Source: Oligoflexales bacterium (lineage in GTDB: Bacteria; Bdellovibrionota_B; Oligoflexia; Oligoflexales; JAPPIL01). From it: 64,000 nucleotides of DNA. Of the stretch, positions 20,829-31,352 are shown one piece after another (positions within the stretch are counted from its first letter, which is position 1; each line of letters starts with the position of its first letter). A program made the position numbers and the translations under genes. The notes beneath the pieces are model-generated. The model was not told the origin of the DNA and made no database searches. It was given only the letters and a program-made list of their open reading frames with translations. The stretch is from positions 640,001 to 704,000 of the forward strand of contig OZ244057.1 in NCBI GenBank assembly GCA_965215515.1. Reading direction: 5' to 3'.

Positions 20829-21404
20829 ATGACTACCGTTACCGATGATGTGCTGCGACACTTTTCCGAACTCCGCCTACTGGAAGCACGGGCGATCTTT
20901 ATCTCCGAAGGTGTCGACGCGAGTGTCGCACAACGTGTCATCTCGAATTTGCTGGTTCTCGACGAACAAAGCAACGAGACCATCAGCGTTTACCTCAACA
21001 GCCCTGGAGGCGAGATCAACAGCGGGTTTGCCATCTTCGACACGCTGCGCTACGTTAACTCGCCTGTGAGAGTGATCAACACGGGGTTGTGTGCCAGTAT
21101 CGCGACGATCATCAATATCTCTGTGCCCAAAGAACAGCGTTACGCTCTACCTAATGCACGCTTCTTGATTCATCAACCACTGATCATGGGGCAGGTCGAA
21201 GGGCAAGCTTCCGATTTGGAAATCACCGCCAAAGAAATTCTCAAACTGCGGGAAAAGATCAACGAGCTACTCGCTGAAGCTTGCGGACAATCGATCGCAC
21301 GCATCGCTGAAGACACCGCCAGAGACTACTGGATGACGGCACGAGAAGCATTAGAGTACGGTCTCGTCAGCAAGATAGTTACACGCAAAGACGAGCTTGC
21401 ATGA
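20829..21404 (+). CDS. clpP: ATP-dependent Clp protease proteolytic subunit
   Basis: YLNSPGG, GLCAS (Ser), IHQP (His), RDYWM (Asp). Confidence 0.92.
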   Translation: MTTVTDDVLRHFSELRLLEARAIFISEGVDASVAQRVISNLLVLDEQSNETISVYLNSPGGEINSGFAIFDTLRYVNSPVRVINTGLCASIATIINISVPKEQRYALPNARFLIHQPLIMGQVEGQASDLEITAKEILKLREKINELLAEACGQSIARIAEDTARDYWMTAREALEYGLVSKIVTRKDELA

Positions 21405-22756
21405 CCGCCCCGCACCTGAGTGTCAAGAGCGTGCTTGCCAGCACGATGATGGGGCAGCGTGTCGTCGTGCGCGGCTGGCTGCGGACACGACGTACCTCCA
21501 AAAACTTTTCCTTTCTCGTCGTCAACGACGGCTCGGCACAGGAAAGCTTGCAAATCATTGCCGACCGCAACACCCAAGGCTATGCACAAATCGAAGCTTT
21601 CGACACAGGGGTAGCGATGTGTGTCGAGGGCGAAATCAAAGCATCGCCAGGTCAACAGCGCGTTGAGGTGCTGGCCACCTCCCTAACCTTGCTCGGCGCA
21701 GCACCCGACTACCCCCTGCAAAAGAAAGGACATACGCTGGAGTTTTTGCGTGAACAGGCACACCTACGCGCCCGCACCAACACTTTCGGCGCGGTCCTGC
21801 GTCTCAGGGACAGCGCGGCACGAGCGACACATTCCTTTTTCCAGCGCGCGGGGTTCTACTGGCTACACGCACCGATCATTACGCCGAGCGATTGCGAAGG
21901 AGCGGGTGACCTGTTCTCCGTCACTGCGCCCGACACAGACGGCGAAGAGGGCCGACACTTCTTCGGCAAACCCGCCTATCTAGCAGTCAGCGGCCAACTG
22001 TACGCCGAAGCCGCGGCGTTGGCTCTAGGGAAGGTATACACCTTCGCCCCGACCTTTCGTGCCGAGAACTCCAACACCACCCGCCACCTCGCCGAATTCT
22101 GGATGATCGAACCCGAAGTCGCTTTCGCCGATCTCGACGACATCTGTGCGCTCGCGGCGGATTTCGTGCAGCAGGTCACGGCACAAGTACTGCGCGATAG
22201 CTCCGCCGAGCTGGAATTTTTACAACAACACTACCCCGTAAGCTTGCCCACCCTGGAAAAACTCAGCAACACTCCCAGTGCACGCATTACCTACACCGAA
22301 GCCATCGCCCTGCTGGACAAGGCAGGCAACGAAGGCCGACAGTTCGCCTATCCCCCCACCTGGGGAACGGGCTTGCAAACCGAACATGAAAAATATCTGG
22401 CAGGGGAAATCTTCGCAGGTGCGGTTATCATCACCGACTACCCCAAAGCGATCAAGCCATTCTATATGCGTAGCAACGACGATGACAAGACGGTCGCGGC
22501 AATGGACTTACTCTTGCCCGACATCGGTGAACTGATCGGCGGCAGCCAACGCGAGGAACGTCTTGACCTTATCACCGCCCGCTGTGCCGCACTGCAGGAG
22601 GACATGAGCTGGTATCTCGACTTGCGACGTTTCGGCTCCGCACCGCACGCGGGCTGGGGACTAGGTTTTGAACGCTTCGTGCAATATCTGACTGGCATGC
22701 AAAATATTCGCGACACGGTGTTCGCTCCCAGAACACCACAGTCGTTGTCCTTCTGA
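21401..22756 (+). CDS. asnS: Asparagine--tRNA ligase
   Basis: OB-fold NDGS, HLRARTN, DCEGAG, FRAENSNTTRHLAEFWMIEPE, GELIGGSQRE, GLGFER. Confidence 0.95.
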   Translation: MTAPHLSVKSVLASTMMGQRVVVRGWLRTRRTSKNFSFLVVNDGSAQESLQIIADRNTQGYAQIEAFDTGVAMCVEGEIKASPGQQRVEVLATSLTLLGAAPDYPLQKKGHTLEFLREQAHLRARTNTFGAVLRLRDSAARATHSFFQRAGFYWLHAPIITPSDCEGAGDLFSVTAPDTDGEEGRHFFGKPAYLAVSGQLYAEAAALALGKVYTFAPTFRAENSNTTRHLAEFWMIEPEVAFADLDDICALAADFVQQVTAQVLRDSSAELEFLQQHYPVSLPTLEKLSNTPSARITYTEAIALLDKAGNEGRQFAYPPTWGTGLQTEHEKYLAGEIFAGAVIITDYPKAIKPFYMRSNDDDKTVAAMDLLLPDIGELIGGSQREERLDLITARCAALQEDMSWYLDLRRFGSAPHAGWGLGFERFVQYLTGMQNIRDTVFAPRTPQSLSF

Positions 22757-22881
22757 CCCACGTACAGGTGTGTTTTTTGCCGCTTTCTTTCTCGTGTACT
22801 CAACGCATGTCATTGACTTTTCTGTACAGAGCGGAGAGAATGATCCACAGGCAATGACCGTCTCAGCAAGAGGCCCCAAGC

Positions 22882-24930
22882 ATGTCTGCCAACCCTTTAT
22901 TGCAAAACGCACCGTTCCCGCTTTTCGATGTGATAAAACCGAGCCACGTAGAAGAAGCGGTGACGCATCTAGCCGAGTTGGTGCAGAGTAAACTCCAGCA
23001 GATCGAAGCTAGCCCTGACGGTAGTTTTGACGATCTCTACCGCCATCTCGACACGATCGATGTGCACAAACAACGTATCTGGTCGCCCATCGCCCATCTG
23101 CAGATGGTGAACAATAGCACAGCACTGCGCACGGTTTTCCATAAGGTGTTGCCACAGGTGGTGAAGTTGGAGTTGCAGCTCAGTCAGAACGAAACAGTTT
23201 ATCGCAAGCTGCACAAACTGGCCAAGAGCAAGGATTTGACGGATGTGCAGCGACGCATCGTTGCTTTACGTTTGCAGCACATGGACTTGGAAGGTGTCGC
23301 GCTACGAGGCGAAGCCAAACAGCGCTTCACCGCCATCTCGCAAGAGTTGTCACAGCTGTCGGAACAGTTCGCCAACAACGACCTCGATGCCGTCAAGAAG
23401 TATCAACTGGTACTGGAGAAGCAAGAAGAAGTAGCTGGCTTGCCCCAGGGAACACGCCAGCTCGCAGCACAAGCCTACCATCAGGCTTACGAAAAAGAAG
23501 CGCATGCCGAGAGGGGGCCGTGGTTGATTACGTTGGAGCAGCCGAGTTTTGTTCCTTTCATGGAATACAGCGAGCGTCGAGATCTGCGTGAGAAACTCTA
23601 TCGGGCACAGATTGCTCGTGCTGCCCATGCACCACACGACAACACCGCGTTAATCGACAGGATTTTACGCTTGCGCAAAGAAGCAGCTGCTATTCTGCGT
23701 TTTCCCAATTTTGCGACGATGACTCTATCGACCAAGATGGCGGGGAACCCAGCCGCGGTGACGGAGTTACTCGACGAACTGGCGCATGTCTGCCACCCTA
23801 AGGGCAAAGAAGAACACGCCGCACTGGCGGCTTACGCCCAGGAACACGGCTGCGACGAGACAGTCAAGCAGTGGGATGTGGCCTACTGGGCACGACGCAT
23901 GAAAGAGGAACGTTTCGATCTCGACAAGGAGAAGCTGCGTCGTTATTTTCCGCTGCCGAAAGTGTTAGAAGGCATGTTTGCGCTGGCGTACAAGTTGTTT
24001 GGCATTACGGTGCAGCGTGATGACGGAGCGACCCCGCGCTGGCATGAGGATGTCTCCTTCTACAAAGTCTACGGCGAAGATAACAAGCAGATCGCCGCGT
24101 TTTTCCTCGACCCCTACAGTCGCCCCCAGAGCAAGATGGGTGGGGCATGGATGAACCGTGCCGTCAGTCGCCGCCGCTCAGCCGAGGGACTAGAGTTACC
24201 TGCTTGCTATATCGTCTGTAACTTCACTCCCCCCCTCGCAGACAAGCCTGCCATGCTCGATTTTTATGAGGTGATCACGCTTTTTCACGAGTTTGGACAT
24301 GGGTTGCACAACATGCTGACGACGATGGACTACGCCGCGGTCGCGGGGGGAAATGGCGTTGAGTGGGATGCGATCGAATTGCCCAGCCAGTTCATGGAAA
24401 ACTTCTGCTACCTGAAATCGGTCATCGAAGACATCTCGGCCCACGTCGACACTGGCGAGAGCCTGCCTGCCGCTATGCTAGCACAGCTGCAGAAAAGCAA
24501 AAACTTTCGTGTCGCCAGTGCCATGTTGCGGCAGTTAAGCTACAGTCGTGCCGACCTGCAGTTGCATGAAACCTTCGATCCTGCAGGCAAAGACGATCCA
24601 TTCGCCCTGATGCGACGGGTTTTGAGGGAGACGCAAATACTGCCACCTTTGGACGAAGACCGTTTTCTCTGTTCTTTCAGCCATATCTTTGCTGGTGGTT
24701 ATGCCGCGGGCTATTACAGCTACAAGTGGGCGGAGGTACTGAGTGCCGATGCCTTCGCCTTATTCAAGGAGCAGGGACTCGGCGAGGCACAGTTGCGCCG
24801 CAACGGCCGTCACTATCGAGACACTATCCTGGCTCCAGGCGGCAGTGCGCATCCCTCCGTACTGTTCAAACATTTCCGCGGTCGCCCACCCCGCACACAG
24901 GCGTTGCTAGAAGCCTGCGACTTGGCCTGA
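22882..24930 (+). CDS. prlC: Oligopeptidase A (M3 family)
   Basis: NPLL, GGAWM, TLFHEFGHGLH, EWDAIELPSQFMEN, SHIFAGGYAAGYYSYKWAEVL. Confidence 0.93.
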   Translation: MSANPLLQNAPFPLFDVIKPSHVEEAVTHLAELVQSKLQQIEASPDGSFDDLYRHLDTIDVHKQRIWSPIAHLQMVNNSTALRTVFHKVLPQVVKLELQLSQNETVYRKLHKLAKSKDLTDVQRRIVALRLQHMDLEGVALRGEAKQRFTAISQELSQLSEQFANNDLDAVKKYQLVLEKQEEVAGLPQGTRQLAAQAYHQAYEKEAHAERGPWLITLEQPSFVPFMEYSERRDLREKLYRAQIARAAHAPHDNTALIDRILRLRKEAAAILRFPNFATMTLSTKMAGNPAAVTELLDELAHVCHPKGKEEHAALAAYAQEHGCDETVKQWDVAYWARRMKEERFDLDKEKLRRYFPLPKVLEGMFALAYKLFGITVQRDDGATPRWHEDVSFYKVYGEDNKQIAAFFLDPYSRPQSKMGGAWMNRAVSRRRSAEGLELPACYIVCNFTPPLADKPAMLDFYEVITLFHEFGHGLHNMLTTMDYAAVAGGNGVEWDAIELPSQFMENFCYLKSVIEDISAHVDTGESLPAAMLAQLQKSKNFRVASAMLRQLSYSRADLQLHETFDPAGKDDPFALMRRVLRETQILPPLDEDRFLCSFSHIFAGGYAAGYYSYKWAEVLSADAFALFKEQGLGEAQLRRNGRHYRDTILAPGGSAHPSVLFKHFRGRPPRTQALLEACDLA

Positions 24931-24973
24931 GCAGCCACTGCCGCTAACAGAACAGCCCCCACAATGCTTGCAA

Positions 24974-26050
24974 CTATTTGAACGCATCGATAGCATTGAG
25001 GTCAGCGAGATCTTTGTCTTTCATGGGGAGGGGGATACCGATCGGCGCATCGACTTCAAAAACATACATCTGCTTCGTCGGGGCGGACGCGACCATCTGC
25101 GTGACATATGCCTCCTTGTCCAGGTTCTTGACCTGCAGCTTCTGTTGCCGTTTGAGAGCATCCTGTACCGCGGGGGCGAAGGTGTCGTTGTTGAGCAATA
25201 TGCGCTTCTCCGTAATAAATACACCCGCGGCAATCATCTTTCCCTCCAGTAAGATAATGCCCAGCGAGGGCTTGACCTCTTCATTGATGAGGGTGTCCTG
25301 CACTATACCTGGCATGGCATCGATAAGTTGATCCACACTCTTGACCTCTTCAATGTTAGGCGACACCGTAAGGTATCTCACGCCTGGTATTTTGTCGATG
25401 CCAGGAACTTTCACAGCGGCGGGCAATAAATTGATCAGCAATATCAGCATGTAAGGAGGATAACAGATAATGGAAAGAGGTAACGGAGCAGGATTAGCGG
25501 GGTACCCGAACTGGTTCTGCAGCATTTCCCCTTTCTTGAAGGCGAGACAGAGAGCGGAAATGAAGTTTATGACAGGAATGAGACTAGTGAGGGCCCAGTA
25601 ACCGCTGAACCCAAAGTCATGGAAACGTTTCGCCTGGACAGCGAAAAAACTCCAGATCATCGCAGCAAGATAAACGAGGATGGCTATGAGTTTGATAAAC
25701 CCAGGCAAAAGTTTACATATCGGCCAAAGGGCAAAGACCCCAAAAGAATAAAAGATCATAATACCAAGTATGCCCACGACAAACTGCGACCTAGAAACAC
25801 GTCCATTGAAGCTGAATAAAAACTCTTGTATTCCCAGTGAATCAACAGGCGTCCCGCTCTGTGGTGGTGCGCTGCGACCGCCTTTGGCGTTGGACATTCT
25901 GCGCGGTGCGGGATCTAAACGCTGCTTGCCACGAGAAGGGTCCCTCACCCCTACGGGATGGAACTGCCCCGTCCCACGAGGAGGCTCACCCCTGTCGCCG
26001 TTACCATTATCCCCGCGGTAGACCATCGTCTCCTCAACCGATACGCACAC
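24974..26050 (-). CDS. DUF805-like membrane protein with N- and C-terminal extensions
   Basis: FSFNGRVSRSQF...KRFHDFGFSG...NQFG motifs; start uncertain. Confidence 0.75.
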   Translation of the reverse strand: MCVSVEETMVYRGDNGNGDRGEPPRGTGQFHPVGVRDPSRGKQRLDPAPRRMSNAKGGRSAPPQSGTPVDSLGIQEFLFSFNGRVSRSQFVVGILGIMIFYSFGVFALWPICKLLPGFIKLIAILVYLAAMIWSFFAVQAKRFHDFGFSGYWALTSLIPVINFISALCLAFKKGEMLQNQFGYPANPAPLPLSIICYPPYMLILLINLLPAAVKVPGIDKIPGVRYLTVSPNIEEVKSVDQLIDAMPGIVQDTLINEEVKPSLGIILLEGKMIAAGVFITEKRILLNNDTFAPAVQDALKRQQKLQVKNLDKEAYVTQMVASAPTKQMYVFEVDAPIGIPLPMKDKDLADLNAIDAFK

Positions 26051-26136
26051 ACCCCAGTTATCGGAAATCTCCGCCAGGGAGTGTAGTGTTTCCGCAAAAA
26101 AACGTAAATATTAAACAGTTACTGCTACCTACCAAG

Positions 26137-26167
26137 CTGTTTGGGTCGCGTCGCGCCACCCAAACAG
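26137..26167. terminator. Stem-loop downstream of the lipoprotein gene
   Basis: CTGTTTGGGT ... ACCCAAACAG 10-bp inverted repeat; no clear U-tract. Confidence 0.45.
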
Positions 26168-26180
26168 GATCGGCAAAAAA

Positions 26181-27542
26181 CTACCTGCGCTCAGCACCTT
26201 GCATTTTGAGAGAGAGGCTATCGGAGTAGAACCAGCTGTAGGAGATGATCAGTGACGCGAGTTGGTGATCATCGTTAACTCCGAACACACACAGCGTTTG
26301 CAGACCTTCACGACGCAGCACTGCCGTGATCGGTTTTTGGAAACTGCTGACATTACCTGGGTAGCTTCTCTCTGTGCTAGGGCACAGTCCCTCATCGCGC
26401 AGAATGCGGTAGCGATAGCCAGCCAGAGTACGATCGGAGGTCGTCACGCCGATTTCTACCTCCCTAGCAGTCGAGGTTGGCTGCGGCAAGCCACGGCTCA
26501 GGGTAATGGTCGGGGTGTTAGTTTTCTGCCAGCTCTGTGTTAGCACAGTGCTACCCAAGCCCATGTCCTTGAAAAGGGCGGTGAAAATCGTCGCGAACAA
26601 CTCTTCGTTTTCGGTCAAGCTTTTCATTACCTCCAGAATACTTACCTTGAGGCGCTCGGCATTTACCTCACCTTCAGCGGACATAATTTCGTTGGTTAAC
26701 CCATGTAGGTTGGTGACCAATTGTACAAATTTTTCATCATCTTCAGGGATAACCAGCGCTCGCATCAGCTCTTCGTTAGCTAGCAAGACTGCTACGATCT
26801 CTTCTATTTTCTGCAAAGCTAAAGGTATATCGATGATCTGGGAGAGAATTTTACCCTCGTCATACTTCATCAGCTCAGCGACAAAGTCTTTCTGCCCCAA
26901 AATACCCGTGATAAGATTTTCTTCGAGCAGCACTTGGGCAAGAAAATCTCCCTCTTTCGCCAAGGTACTCATGATTGCCGCCATCAGGTTGCGGTTGACA
27001 CTCAAGTCGTAGAGCGCGTTGTTCACCTTAATGCGGGCAGCATTTTCAGCGTTTGCGTCCTGAGCTGCATCCAACTCACCGATTGCTGCAACCAACGCGG
27101 TAACTTGTGTCATCACCTGCGACATATCTACCCCGTCGGCTTTGAGTAAACCATCGACGACATTCTTGTTGGACAACAGACGCATCCCCGCTTCTTGCAG
27201 TTTGCGGGTGGTGACAGGATTTTCCGCCAGCTTTGCAAATAACCTGCTACCCTCCTTCTCCAAGACCCTGAGCATGAACATCTGCTGCCCTAGAAGGGCA
27301 GAAGTTAGGCGCTGCTGTTCGGGTGTCTGCGTAAAGGAGACAGAGTAGTGATGCCCATCGACATTACCTCCCGTCAAGCCGATGTTGATGCCGTCGCTAC
27401 CTGTGTCAGCAACGTACAAAGACACTGGCTGCGACCCACTACTCTGTGATTGTTTCACCTGTGGTGGTGGTTCAGCGCTGTCGATGTCGATTTTACAACC
27501 AGCTACCGCTGACAGCAAAAAAATAAAACCCAGGCCTTTCAT
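26181..27542 (-). CDS. Hypothetical lipoprotein
   Basis: Lipobox VAGC, AGGAG RBS, helical internal duplication, Cys-containing beta-rich C-terminal domain. Confidence 0.75.
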   Translation of the reverse strand: MKGLGFIFLLSAVAGCKIDIDSAEPPPQVKQSQSSGSQPVSLYVADTGSDGINIGLTGGNVDGHHYSVSFTQTPEQQRLTSALLGQQMFMLRVLEKEGSRLFAKLAENPVTTRKLQEAGMRLLSNKNVVDGLLKADGVDMSQVMTQVTALVAAIGELDAAQDANAENAARIKVNNALYDLSVNRNLMAAIMSTLAKEGDFLAQVLLEENLITGILGQKDFVAELMKYDEGKILSQIIDIPLALQKIEEIVAVLLANEELMRALVIPEDDEKFVQLVTNLHGLTNEIMSAEGEVNAERLKVSILEVMKSLTENEELFATIFTALFKDMGLGSTVLTQSWQKTNTPTITLSRGLPQPTSTAREVEIGVTTSDRTLAGYRYRILRDEGLCPSTERSYPGNVSSFQKPITAVLRREGLQTLCVFGVNDDHQLASLIISYSWFYSDSLSLKMQGAERR

Positions 27543-27745
27543 CGCTATATCTCCTTTCTCAAAATTCCAAAACCGCGAACCTACCCGCTCATCGACAAAT
27601 TATTTTTTTCGTTGAGCGAAAAATTGCAAGAAATAATTTCATTTAAATATTAGCATGTTATCCCTACAGAAGGAGATGTCTCGACCGTATTCTGCTGAAG
27701 CGAGCGGGTTTATCTGCCGACAGGGCAGGCAGCAGGCTGCTGAGG

Positions 27746-29989
27746 TTGAGGTGCATATCCTTGTTCACTAAAAAAAATGTAGAAATTCTTTTATTTTTAG
27801 GGGGATGGACGGCAGCCGTGCTGCTCTTCCGCCTCAGCCCCGCCGCACAGTTCGTCGAGCAAAAATTGCTACGCCCGTTTGAATTCAAGACCCGTGAGTT
27901 ACTCCATCTTGCGCCGCCTCTCGATAGCAGAATAAAGCTTCTTACCTATCGTGCTGATCGTTTATTTCCTTCTAATGCTGCGTTGCTCAAGGTTTTAAAA
28001 AAAATTGCCGCGCGCAATCCACGTTCTATCTACATCGATAATGTCTGGTCATTTTTCGCTCCTGGCAGGTCGTCGCTTTTTGCTCAGCAGCTGGCACAAC
28101 TGAGTGTTCCATTGGTCATCAGCAGTCGTATTTCTGAATTTGGCCGACAGGATAGCTTGATGTCTAGTATTGACAGTGAAAAATTTTCCAGCGGGGTCAG
28201 CGGCATCGGTCTCCCTTATCGGGTAGGGATCCCTTATTCACTGGCTAATCAAGCGGTACAGAATTTATCTCGTATCGGTCAGGACGAAAGTTACGCTCCA
28301 GGGTATGTGTATCCGATGTTGAGTTTTGGCTCACATCTGGCCACCTCTTCTTCGTTTGTTGTGCCGCATGTTGCTTTGCTGGTCACGGGCGGTGAATTGA
28401 CGGTGCGTGAGGGACAGGCTTGGCTTGACGGGCAGAGGATACCTACTGACAAGCGTGGTCTGGCTTTAGTTAATTTCCCTCGACGACAAGATTTACGGAC
28501 GCGTGACCATGATTTTGCCGATTTGCTGCTTGATTTTGAGCGTGATTTTCTCACCAGTATTACCGCTGCGGATGTTGTGGCAATTTTGCCTGAAGTACCG
28601 TTGAGCGCCGAGTCGGAACGACCCAGTTATATCGGCACGATCAAAAGTTCGTGGTTGTCGATCGCTTTCCTGAACAGTGTTATGACTCGTGCTTGGCTTA
28701 CGCCACTGCCGTTTGACAATCTTATCGCTGTTCTGTGTTGTCTCGCGGGTCTGTTAGCTGTCCGTGTGGTGCGGCGTAAAATTTTTTATGCACTTATCTA
28801 TATAGGTATCGCGTGGGGAGGGGTAACAAGCTTTGTCCTGCTCGATACTCTGACTACTTGGCCGTTATGGATAGCGGGTTTTTATCTCGGGGTACGTGCT
28901 GATTATTTTTTACAAGTATTCACCATAGTGGAAGAAAATTTTATCACGGGGAAACAAATAACGGCTCACGACCAGCCAGAAGAACAATTGATCAGTGTGA
29001 TGTTCATCGACATGGTTGGTTTTTCTATGTCTTCCGAAGATCTTACGCCGCGTTTGGCACTGAGACGTTTGAGTTCTAATATAACTTACCTCAAAGAAAA
29101 AATTTATTGTCATGGCGGCGAGATTAACAAAACCCTGGGCGACGGTTTGCTCGCTTATTTTGGCTATCCAGTGACCAACGCCAACCGTAACCATGCCGAG
29201 GCTGCACTTAGCTGTGCCATTGAAATTCAGCAAGACTGCTTACAACGCTGCGTCGCCAAAAACGATAACCTCTACACCTATCCGCTTCGTATCGGGATTA
29301 ATACCGACTTGGTGTATATTGGGGTAATAGGGGATGACCGTGGCATCTCATTGGTAGGCAGCGCGGTGGTTTTCGCCGCACGTCTGGAAGCTTCTTGTGA
29401 GCCGTTTAGAATAATGTTGGGCAGCACAACAAGAAAATTTTTAGGCGAAAATTTTCTCGCCAACCATGCTGGTTTAAATAGACGTTGGGTAAAGATAAAA
29501 CACTACGAAAAGCTTTTTGAGGCCTATGAATTTAATCCTTTTCACGCGGATCTAGCCAAACAGTCGATGGCTAAAAGATCATATCGCACCTATCTCAATC
29601 TCGATAAAGATCGCAATTATCGTCGCTGGCCTATTCCCGAGCGCACGGCGCTCACTATGTGCTGGGAAGATAATCGCGCTGCGATCATCAATGTTTCCAA
29701 CTGTGGCTTTGCCATTGAAACAAGCCGTTATCTTGCCAAGGGCGTGACTATTGAGGTTGTCATGCATTCTAACGTCGATTTAGTGGAATATAGTTTGCAA
29801 AAGTCAGGACTGCTACCTTTTCGTATCGAAGTAAAATGGGGACAACCTGTCGAAAGTAGTAAAAAATTCAAACAAGGGGTGCGAATCGTGAGTCTCAATC
29901 ACGAACAAGGCGAAACACTCCTCAACATCTGTCTCGGTGTCCTACCCGCAACGTCAACCCTCCCCCCCCCACAAGGCGTTGTTGCCTAA
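27746..29989 (+). CDS. Membrane class III nucleotidyl cyclase (CHASE2-like sensor) with C-terminal PilZ-like domain
   Basis: MFIDMVGFS, KTLGDGLLAYFG, LRIGIN, AARLEA; C-terminal RNYRR...NVSNCG. Confidence 0.8.
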   Translation: MRCISLFTKKNVEILLFLGGWTAAVLLFRLSPAAQFVEQKLLRPFEFKTRELLHLAPPLDSRIKLLTYRADRLFPSNAALLKVLKKIAARNPRSIYIDNVWSFFAPGRSSLFAQQLAQLSVPLVISSRISEFGRQDSLMSSIDSEKFSSGVSGIGLPYRVGIPYSLANQAVQNLSRIGQDESYAPGYVYPMLSFGSHLATSSSFVVPHVALLVTGGELTVREGQAWLDGQRIPTDKRGLALVNFPRRQDLRTRDHDFADLLLDFERDFLTSITAADVVAILPEVPLSAESERPSYIGTIKSSWLSIAFLNSVMTRAWLTPLPFDNLIAVLCCLAGLLAVRVVRRKIFYALIYIGIAWGGVTSFVLLDTLTTWPLWIAGFYLGVRADYFLQVFTIVEENFITGKQITAHDQPEEQLISVMFIDMVGFSMSSEDLTPRLALRRLSSNITYLKEKIYCHGGEINKTLGDGLLAYFGYPVTNANRNHAEAALSCAIEIQQDCLQRCVAKNDNLYTYPLRIGINTDLVYIGVIGDDRGISLVGSAVVFAARLEASCEPFRIMLGSTTRKFLGENFLANHAGLNRRWVKIKHYEKLFEAYEFNPFHADLAKQSMAKRSYRTYLNLDKDRNYRRWPIPERTALTMCWEDNRAAIINVSNCGFAIETSRYLAKGVTIEVVMHSNVDLVEYSLQKSGLLPFRIEVKWGQPVESSKKFKQGVRIVSLNHEQGETLLNICLGVLPATSTLPPPQGVVA

Positions 29990-30055
29990 ATCGTTTTGCC
30001 AGCCGCAGCTGTGCTATGATAGAGTGGTGGCGTGTGTAGATGAGGTTCTAGGTAC

Positions 30056-31210
30056 ATGTCCTCTACAGATTTTCTTGACCTCGACACCCTGTTCACCGCG
30101 GAACAAAAAATGCTGCGCGCCTCCGTCAGGGATTTTGTGCAACGAGAAGTCGAGCCGCGGCTGGTGGCCTGCTGGCGGCGAGAAGTGTTTCCCCAGGAAA
30201 TTATCACAGGTTTAGGTAAGTTGGGTGTGTTGGGGGCGAATCTTCACGGTTATGGTTTGCCGAACGTGGACGACATCGCCTACGGTGCGGTAATGCGTGA
30301 GCTGGAGCGAGCCGATTCGGGACTGAGGAGCTTTGTCTCGGTGCAAGGCGCACTGGTCATGTACCCCATTCACGCCTTCGGCAGCGAGGCACAGAAACAA
30401 CGATGGCTGCCACAACTGCACAGGGGCAAGGTTATCGGCTGTTTTGGTCTGACCGAGCAACACGGTGGTTCTGATCCAGAAGCGATGCAGACGAAAGCGG
30501 TGGCACAGCCAGACGGTTATCTGCTCAACGGCGCGAAGATGTGGATTACCAACGGCAGCTCAGCACACATAGCCATCGTCTGGGCAAAACTGGACGAGCG
30601 AGTGCGCGGTTTCATCGTTCCCTGCGACAGCGAAGGTATGACCGTCAAAACGATGCGAGGCAAACTATCGCTGCGTGCTTCGGTAACTTCCGAGCTTTAT
30701 TTCGACAACGTGCACGTCGCTAAAGACAACATCCTACCGCATGCGGTAGGCATGAAGGCAGCACTGCACTGCCTTACCCAAGCTCGCTACGGGATTGCCT
30801 GGGGTGCGGTAGGTGCGGCGGAGGCCTGCTACGAAGAAACACTCGCCTATGTGCGGGAACGCCAGCTGTTCGGTTCCGCCTTGGCCAGCAAACAACTGGT
30901 ACAACGCAAACTCGCCCTGATGCTGACCACCATCACGCAGGCGCAACTGCTGGCTCTGCGTATCGGACAACTGAAGAACGCGGGACAGTTGCGTTTCGCA
31001 CAAGTCAGCATGGCCAAGCAGGCAAACGTAGCCGCGGCACTGCAAGTCGCCCGCACCTGCCGCGCGCTGCTCGGAGCAAACGGCATTATGGACGAATACA
31101 AAACGATGCGGCACATGTGCAATCTCGAAACCGTCGCCACCTACGAAGGCACTAGCGATATCCACCTGCTCATCCTCGGTCAGGACATCACAGGGCAGGC
31201 GGCTTTCTGA
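30056..31210 (+). CDS. Acyl-CoA dehydrogenase, glutaryl-CoA dehydrogenase-like
   Basis: ELERADSGLRSFVSVQ, CFGLTE, KMWITNG, SLRASVT, LETVATYEGT. Confidence 0.9.
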   Translation: MSSTDFLDLDTLFTAEQKMLRASVRDFVQREVEPRLVACWRREVFPQEIITGLGKLGVLGANLHGYGLPNVDDIAYGAVMRELERADSGLRSFVSVQGALVMYPIHAFGSEAQKQRWLPQLHRGKVIGCFGLTEQHGGSDPEAMQTKAVAQPDGYLLNGAKMWITNGSSAHIAIVWAKLDERVRGFIVPCDSEGMTVKTMRGKLSLRASVTSELYFDNVHVAKDNILPHAVGMKAALHCLTQARYGIAWGAVGAAEACYEETLAYVRERQLFGSALASKQLVQRKLALMLTTITQAQLLALRIGQLKNAGQLRFAQVSMAKQANVAAALQVARTCRALLGANGIMDEYKTMRHMCNLETVATYEGTSDIHLLILGQDITGQAAF

Positions 31211-31352
31211 AACTACCGTTTACACTCGCTAAAAAAACTTCTCGCGCACATAGCACCCCTGGGCCACGGCATTTCTGGCTCGCCCCCAGCTGTTAGTGAG
31301 AAGGAAATTGTCCCGCTACCGACGCAACTCAGCCTCAATCGGAACTAATGGG

